Part shown: piece after piece, positions 37,073 through 42,427 of the stretch
Layout of the letters: each line of letters opens with the position of its first letter
How positions within the stretch are numbered: the stretch's first letter is position 1
IMG/VR virus record: IMGVR_UViG_3300017785_004324
Span: 1 to 42,427 of that record
Direction: 5' to 3' (one strand)
Source: a virus
Lineage: Duplodnaviria; Caudoviricetes
DNA: 42,427 bases
Notes under the pieces: generated by a model
The model's input: only the letters and a program-made list of their open reading frames with translations
Database searches by the model: none
What the model was told of the DNA's origin: nothing
Made by a program: the position numbers and the translations under genes

Positions 37073-37778
37073 TTTTGGTCATGTTGAGTACGTCTCCCAT
37101 ATGGGGGATGATCTCACAGTTGTAAATGCCGCTAGAGTTTCCTTTAACAAAGAAAGTGAGTGGGACAAGGAGCGAGATTGGCGTGGGGGAGTAATTGATA
37201 AGACTCTTCTTCCACGTGATAGTAAACTTATTTCATATCTAGCGAAGCATGAGCATTGGACTCCGTTTGCACATCCACAGATTACTCTCAGAATCAAGGC
37301 TCCTATGTTTGTTCGAGCACAACTTGGCAAGCATCAAGTGGGATTTGTCATGAATGAAGTATCTCGTAGGTATGTTACCGATGATCCAGAGATCTACATC
37401 CCTAAATGGAGATCCGCCCCAACGGATGGAGCAAAGCAGGGAAGTTCTGGATTCATGTATTCAAATCCATACATCACCGAGATGTATGATACTGTTTGCT
37501 ACGATTCCCTTGATGTCTATAAGGAACTGCTAAAGCAGGGGGTAGCACCAGAACAGGCAAGAGCAGTTTTACCACAATCCACATACACCGAATGGTGGTG
37601 GACTGGATCTTTGGCTGGATATGCCAGAGTGTATAAGCAAAGAATCGATGCACATGCCCAATGGGAAGTTCAGGAGTTTGCGAAAGCCATCGGTGAAGTG
37701 ATTTCTCCGTTGTATCCAGTCTCTTGGAGAGCATTGGTCGAGGAGACTAAATATGAAGCAGTTAAAGGAGAAGCATGA
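37053..37778 (+). CDS. thyX: FAD-dependent thymidylate synthase
   Basis: VVNAARVSF, H.TPF.H, NEVSRRY, APEQARAVLP, HAQWE. Confidence 0.95.
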   Translation: MKIQVLDFGHVEYVSHMGDDLTVVNAARVSFNKESEWDKERDWRGGVIDKTLLPRDSKLISYLAKHEHWTPFAHPQITLRIKAPMFVRAQLGKHQVGFVMNEVSRRYVTDDPEIYIPKWRSAPTDGAKQGSSGFMYSNPYITEMYDTVCYDSLDVYKELLKQGVAPEQARAVLPQSTYTEWWWTGSLAGYARVYKQRIDAHAQWEVQEFAKAIGEVISPLYPVSWRALVEETKYEAVKGEA

Positions 37779-39691
37779 ATAATTTACCAAGTTTGTATCA
37801 GGAGTTCATCTATAAGTCGCGGTATTCTAGATGGATTGAGAGTGAAAATCGCAGAGAATCTTGGCCAGAGACGGTGAAGCGTTACTTTGATTTCTTTGAG
37901 AATCATCTCGCAGAGAATCGCGGCTATAAACTTCCCAAGACACTTCGGGAAGAATTGGAAACGGCTGTTCTAAATCTTGAAATCATGCCTAGCATGAGAG
38001 CATTGATGACGGCTGGAGAGGCGTTGAAGAGAGATAATACAGCAGGATATAATTGCTCTTATGTAGCAGTAAATAATATCCGTGCATTTGATGAGATTCT
38101 TTACATCTTGATGTGTGGAACTGGTGTTGGATTCTCCGTGGAGAGACAATATGTTGAGAAACTTCCTTCAATCGCTGAACAATTCACTGATTCTGAAACC
38201 ATTATTGTGGTACAAGACAGTAAAACTGGTTGGGCTAAAGCGTACCGAGAATTGGTATCCCTTCTTGTTGGAGGTCAAGTTCCAAAATGGGACATGTCTA
38301 AGATACGTCCTGCTGGGGCTAGACTCAAGACCTTTGGTGGTAGGGCTTCTGGGCCAAGACCCCTCGACGATCTGTTTTTCTTCACCACTGATACTTTTAG
38401 AAGAGCGGCGGGAAGAAAACTTACTTCCATCGAATGTCACGATATTGTTTGCAAGATCGCGGAGATTGTCGTTGTCGGAGGCGTTCGTCGCAGTGCGCTT
38501 ATTTCATTGTCAAACCTCACAGACGAAAGAATGCGCGAAGCTAAAACTGGATCTTGGTGGGAGCAGAATCCTCAGCGAGCCTTGGCAAACAATTCGGTTG
38601 CCTTCAAAGAGAAGCCAGAAATTGGAACTTTTATGGAAGAATGGATCTCTCTCTATAAGTCCAAGAGCGGGGAAAGAGGGATCTTCAATCGGGATGCTTG
38701 CAAGAAGACTGTCTCGAAGTTAGGTGATCGTAGAAATCCAAATCACGAATGGGGAACTAATCCATGTTCAGAGATCATTCTCCGTGATAAGGAGTTCTGC
38801 AATCTTACAGAAGTTGTTGTGAGAAAAGAGGATGATGTTCAGAGTCTGCTCAGAAAGATTCAGCTGGCAACTATCCTTGGAACATGGCAGGCTTCTCTAA
38901 CAAACTTCCCATATCTTTCAAGTTCGTGGAAAAAGAATTGTGAAGAGGAAGCACTTCTTGGTGTGTCATTGACTGGAATTCTGGATAATGAAATGATGCG
39001 TTCCATGAATATTGCTGATTCTCTGGCAACACTCAAGGAGAAGGCAATCAAGACTAACCAGGATTGGGCTGCTAAGATTGGTATCAATCCTGCTGCTGCA
39101 ATCACTTGCATCAAACCTTCAGGTACAGTTTCACAACTCACTGATGCGGCATCTGGTATTCATGCACGACACAACGAATATTACATTCGCACCGTTCGTG
39201 CAGATCGTAAGGATCCATTGTGCCAGATGATGATTGAAATGGGATTCCCAGCAGAACCATGTGTCATGAAACCAGATCATACTATGGTATTCTCATTTCC
39301 GATGAAAGCAGAAGGATCTGTTACCAGAAATGACATGACTGCAATCGAACACCTTGAACTGTGGTTGATGTATCAGCGTCACTGGTGTGAGCATAAGCCA
39401 TCAATTACAATCACTGTAAGAGAGCACGAATGGATGGAAGTTGGTGCGTGGGTGTACAAGCATTTCGATGAGATCAGCGGTATTTCCTTCCTACCACATT
39501 CAGACCATTCTTATCGTCAGGCTCCATACCAGGATTGTAGCAAGGAGCAATACGAGGAAATGCTGGCGAAGATGCCACGGGATGTAGACTGGTCACTTCT
39601 GAGGAATTACGAGAAGGAAGACAAGACAACTGGAACCCAGACATTTGCTTGTTCTGGAGACAAATGTGAGATCGTGGATCTTACTACATAA
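37775..39691 (+). CDS. nrdJ: Class II (B12-dependent) ribonucleotide reductase, monomeric RTPR-like type
   Basis: MPSMR, YNC, GTGVGF, GGVRRSA, TNPCSEI, CNLTE, TCIKPSGTVSQL, QAPY, C-terminal CSGDKC. Confidence 0.95.
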   Translation: MNNLPSLYQEFIYKSRYSRWIESENRRESWPETVKRYFDFFENHLAENRGYKLPKTLREELETAVLNLEIMPSMRALMTAGEALKRDNTAGYNCSYVAVNNIRAFDEILYILMCGTGVGFSVERQYVEKLPSIAEQFTDSETIIVVQDSKTGWAKAYRELVSLLVGGQVPKWDMSKIRPAGARLKTFGGRASGPRPLDDLFFFTTDTFRRAAGRKLTSIECHDIVCKIAEIVVVGGVRRSALISLSNLTDERMREAKTGSWWEQNPQRALANNSVAFKEKPEIGTFMEEWISLYKSKSGERGIFNRDACKKTVSKLGDRRNPNHEWGTNPCSEIILRDKEFCNLTEVVVRKEDDVQSLLRKIQLATILGTWQASLTNFPYLSSSWKKNCEEEALLGVSLTGILDNEMMRSMNIADSLATLKEKAIKTNQDWAAKIGINPAAAITCIKPSGTVSQLTDAASGIHARHNEYYIRTVRADRKDPLCQMMIEMGFPAEPCVMKPDHTMVFSFPMKAEGSVTRNDMTAIEHLELWLMYQRHWCEHKPSITITVREHEWMEVGAWVYKHFDEISGISFLPHSDHSYRQAPYQDCSKEQYEEMLAKMPRDVDWSLLRNYEKEDKTTGTQTFACSGDKCEIVDLTT

Positions 39692-39725
39692 TAATAGCCC
39701 CACTTGAGATAGCATCTCAGGTCCG

Positions 39726-39750
39726 ACAGCCCCCGAACAGGGGGCTGTTT
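39726..39750 (+). terminator. Terminator-like hairpin after nrdJ
   Basis: ACAGCCCCC-GAACA-GGGGGCTGT followed by TTCT. Confidence 0.75.
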
Positions 39751-39755
39751 CTATT

Positions 39756-39763
39756 GATAAATA
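39756..39763 (+). promoter_or_regulatory. T4-type late promoter-like box (GATAAATA)
   Basis: Sits between a terminator and a baseplate gene, the same arrangement as at 8966. Confidence 0.6.
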
Positions 39764-39770
39764 CTTTATA

Positions 39771-42427
39771 ATGCTAGAATTCCTGAAAGGATTGTTCAAG
39801 AAAATTATGAAGATATTAAAGAATGTATTTACGGATCTGCCAATGTTCTTCAGTAGAAATACATTTACTGGAGACTTAAACATCAGAAAAGATTCACTTG
39901 CGATCAAGGACTCCATAAAGAATATTATTCTTACATTATTCCATGAAAGACCATTTGATCCAGAGTTTGGTACAAATGTGCTGAGTGGTCTTTTCGAGAA
40001 TCCAGCGGATTTCTCATTTTATGTTGAGAATACAATTGCCACCGCTTTGGAGAGATATGAGCCAAGAATAAAATTAAAAAATATTACAAGTACTTTTGAA
40101 GGCAGAACTCTTGAAATACTGATACAATTTTCAATTTTAAACTATGATGTTTATGATCAGTTATCCTTTACTATGGATTCAACAAGATATCTGAGAGTTC
40201 CACAACCACCAAATCAGAGCATTCCATTTGATGATCAATTTGATATTGTATTTAAATATTTAATGAATAAATACGAACCAGGTTGGTCAGCTTCTTCTGA
40301 TTTTTATGATGTTGCTGGAAAAAATGTTACAATGCAATTATTGGGAGTATCTCCACCACAAAATCCATTTTTAATTGGTGGAGTTACCAGAGATGCATAT
40401 CAATATGTTGCGTATTCAAGCACACCTGGTGCTTCTGCTGGATGGTTTGATCCATTGACACATCCCAGATTATACGCCAACGCAGTTCGGGGAGCTTATG
40501 CTGTGTTTGAACGTGCAAGATCACCTGTAACTGCAAATTTAAAATTTATAGATTACAATTCGAATGGTATCGCTCAGGATATATTTTACGATAAAGGCGG
40601 TCCTTCAAATACATTTTTCTGTACTGGAAAAGATTTTAGAAATTATCCACACGATGATCCTACGTATTTTACTGATGGAACAAATCTCAGAAAAAGTGCT
40701 CTATCTAAAAATCCAGATTTAAATTACAAAAATAAAATCCATAGAATGTTTTTGCATGTTCCATATGGATTTTTTAATACTGTAATGCCAACATCCAAGA
40801 GTGGAGATGGTGGATGGCGTTCTACCCCATGGATGACTGACAGATATGCTGGAGATCATTGGTCATTTGATCAATATTTAAAAATACAGGAAAATGCAAC
40901 TCTTAGAGATATGTTGATATCTCCAGATACAATTTCTGGAAGAACAAATGATCTAGGTGATATCTATTTAAATACATTGTGGAGAGGTAGAACATTCGAT
41001 AGGGGATCAGTTCAAATTGCTTTGAGTTATGATAGACTTGGTGGATTTACACAGGATGTAAATGTTGGAACTCCATGGGTTCAATTTCCAACTGGAATTA
41101 CGTGGTTAAATCCAACTGGTTGGTTTGGATACGGAATAACTTATAATTTTAACAACAGAACTTTAATACACTCTAATGGATTGACACAATCAATAAATCC
41201 ACCAGTAATAAATTCAGATTTTGTCACTGGAACACCAGCAAATTATTGGAATAGTTTTATAGGAGCAGAACAGGGATTATGTTTTTCCCATGGTTCTAAG
41301 ATGATAAGCGATCTTGACAAATTAAGTGATGATTGGGGAGATAAAATTGAATTTATAGGTTATATGGGAAATCTACCATATGGACCAAATCAAGAAATAA
41401 CAATACCCTGGATGTTAATCAAAGATCCAAGAAAACCAGAAAATGTAGAATATTTTAAATGGAGATTAGAAGCTTCTGTTGATCAGTGGAAGAGAAAATT
41501 TAAATCTCCACATGACGGATATCCACATATCTTTATAGATGCTACTGCTCCAATGGAGAGAACATATCACATGTATGGTGGACCTGGGCTAACAACATGG
41601 TCAAACATATATCCAGATGGTGTAAGTTTTGTTGAAAATATTCCAGTGTCTTGGTTCAAGGAAAAGCGAGCATATCTTCCAGATGGAACTAATGGACCAG
41701 ATCCAAATAAAGGAATGTTCATAGGTCTTGAGACATTTGGTCAGTATAATTTTAAACATGATGCATACTATTCAGATAATACCAATAGAGAACAGAGTCG
41801 CTATCTTGGCGATCCAGCACCAAGACATTTTTGCTTAGATGACGATATTGCAATGGATTTGTTTACTGGAACATCCAATATGCTTTTAGGGCAGAGAAAA
41901 CACGGGCTAACATATTCTAGAAGTATATGGGGAATGGGTGTCTGTGGAACAAGTGATTTGGGTGAAATAATATTCAATGAAAGTCCAGTAAATGACCAGC
42001 AAGGTGGTTGGCTTCAATTAGACGGAATGCCTTTCTGGAATAATATGTTTATAACAAGAGATCCAAGTTATTCCTATGTCTTTGCCCCAAATCCTTTGAG
42101 ATGGAAATATGTTCCAGGTACAACATTCGACAATCTTGGTCATGGAGTTCCATGGAATAGAGATAGAAGATATCGTTTATTTTATCTTTATCCGATGATA
42201 CTGGCATTAAACGGAACTGTAATGGATCATATGCACTGTGGTTCTGGTTACTATACTATGCCATACTCAGTTCCACAATCACCTTGGTTTGATATTAGAT
42301 TGGGTATCACATATGAGCGAGATATGGAATATAAGTCAGGTCCAACCTATTCAAATGAACCATTTCCAAATAGAAAAGCACCACTTACACCACCACAAAA
42401 TTACTGGACTGGTAATCCTTCAACATC
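39771..42427 (+). CDS. gp25: gp25-like baseplate wedge protein fused to a large C-terminal region (partial, runs off the window; alternative start 39807)
   Basis: Manual translation gives AIKDSIKNIILT..HERPFDPEFG...LERYEPRI; the frame is open where checked and at the window end, which explains its absence from the ORF track. Confidence 0.8.
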   Translation, partial: MLEFLKGLFKKIMKILKNVFTDLPMFFSRNTFTGDLNIRKDSLAIKDSIKNIILTLFHERPFDPEFGTNVLSGLFENPADFSFYVENTIATALERYEPRIKLKNITSTFEGRTLEILIQFSILNYDVYDQLSFTMDSTRYLRVPQPPNQSIPFDDQFDIVFKYLMNKYEPGWSASSDFYDVAGKNVTMQLLGVSPPQNPFLIGGVTRDAYQYVAYSSTPGASAGWFDPLTHPRLYANAVRGAYAVFERARSPVTANLKFIDYNSNGIAQDIFYDKGGPSNTFFCTGKDFRNYPHDDPTYFTDGTNLRKSALSKNPDLNYKNKIHRMFLHVPYGFFNTVMPTSKSGDGGWRSTPWMTDRYAGDHWSFDQYLKIQENATLRDMLISPDTISGRTNDLGDIYLNTLWRGRTFDRGSVQIALSYDRLGGFTQDVNVGTPWVQFPTGITWLNPTGWFGYGITYNFNNRTLIHSNGLTQSINPPVINSDFVTGTPANYWNSFIGAEQGLCFSHGSKMISDLDKLSDDWGDKIEFIGYMGNLPYGPNQEITIPWMLIKDPRKPENVEYFKWRLEASVDQWKRKFKSPHDGYPHIFIDATAPMERTYHMYGGPGLTTWSNIYPDGVSFVENIPVSWFKEKRAYLPDGTNGPDPNKGMFIGLETFGQYNFKHDAYYSDNTNREQSRYLGDPAPRHFCLDDDIAMDLFTGTSNMLLGQRKHGLTYSRSIWGMGVCGTSDLGEIIFNESPVNDQQGGWLQLDGMPFWNNMFITRDPSYSYVFAPNPLRWKYVPGTTFDNLGHGVPWNRDRRYRLFYLYPMILALNGTVMDHMHCGSGYYTMPYSVPQSPWFDIRLGITYERDMEYKSGPTYSNEPFPNRKAPLTPPQNYWTGNPST

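Noticed and set aside
13-39916. Numerous short minus-strand and nested alternate-frame ORFs
   Set aside because: They lie antisense to or inside well-supported + strand genes and show no independent coding signals

Overview
A 42.4 kb segment of a large T4-like myovirus genome, with all convincing genes on the + strand. The PEP-CTERM protein suggests a PVC-group host such as Planctomycetota (inference). Layout: (1) 1-8.9 kb, a mostly very AT-rich nucleotide-sugar/glycosylation island (glycosyltransferases, methyltransferase, ColD-like dehydratase, split transketolase, frameshifted SDR, Fcl/ColC-like reductase, Gmd). (2) 9-23.3 kb, late virion/tail-fibre genes, an RCC1-repeat protein and a sulfotransferase-TPR-GT fusion. 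(3) 23.3-39.7 kb, replication/nucleotide genes (dUTPase, gp43, UvsX, gp41, gp61, ThyX, NrdJ). (4) A gp25-like baseplate gene fused to a >700-aa extension that runs off the window. The family-B DNA polymerase is split into two genes 6.6 kb apart. The gap holds a translation-related island: SpoU methyltransferase, six canonical tRNAs, two aberrant tRNA-like genes, a circularly permuted two-piece tmRNA, a small basic peptide, two HNH genes and a GIY-YIG gene. The most striking feature is in the second polymerase half, which carries a 6-nt insertion with an in-frame amber codon just after motif B (YGAV-GGT-TAG-GGA-NEFF). It lies directly behind the GIY-YIG gene and resembles a minimal version of the T4 mobA/gene 60 ribosomal-bypass cassette. 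A sequencing or assembly error cannot be excluded from sequence alone.
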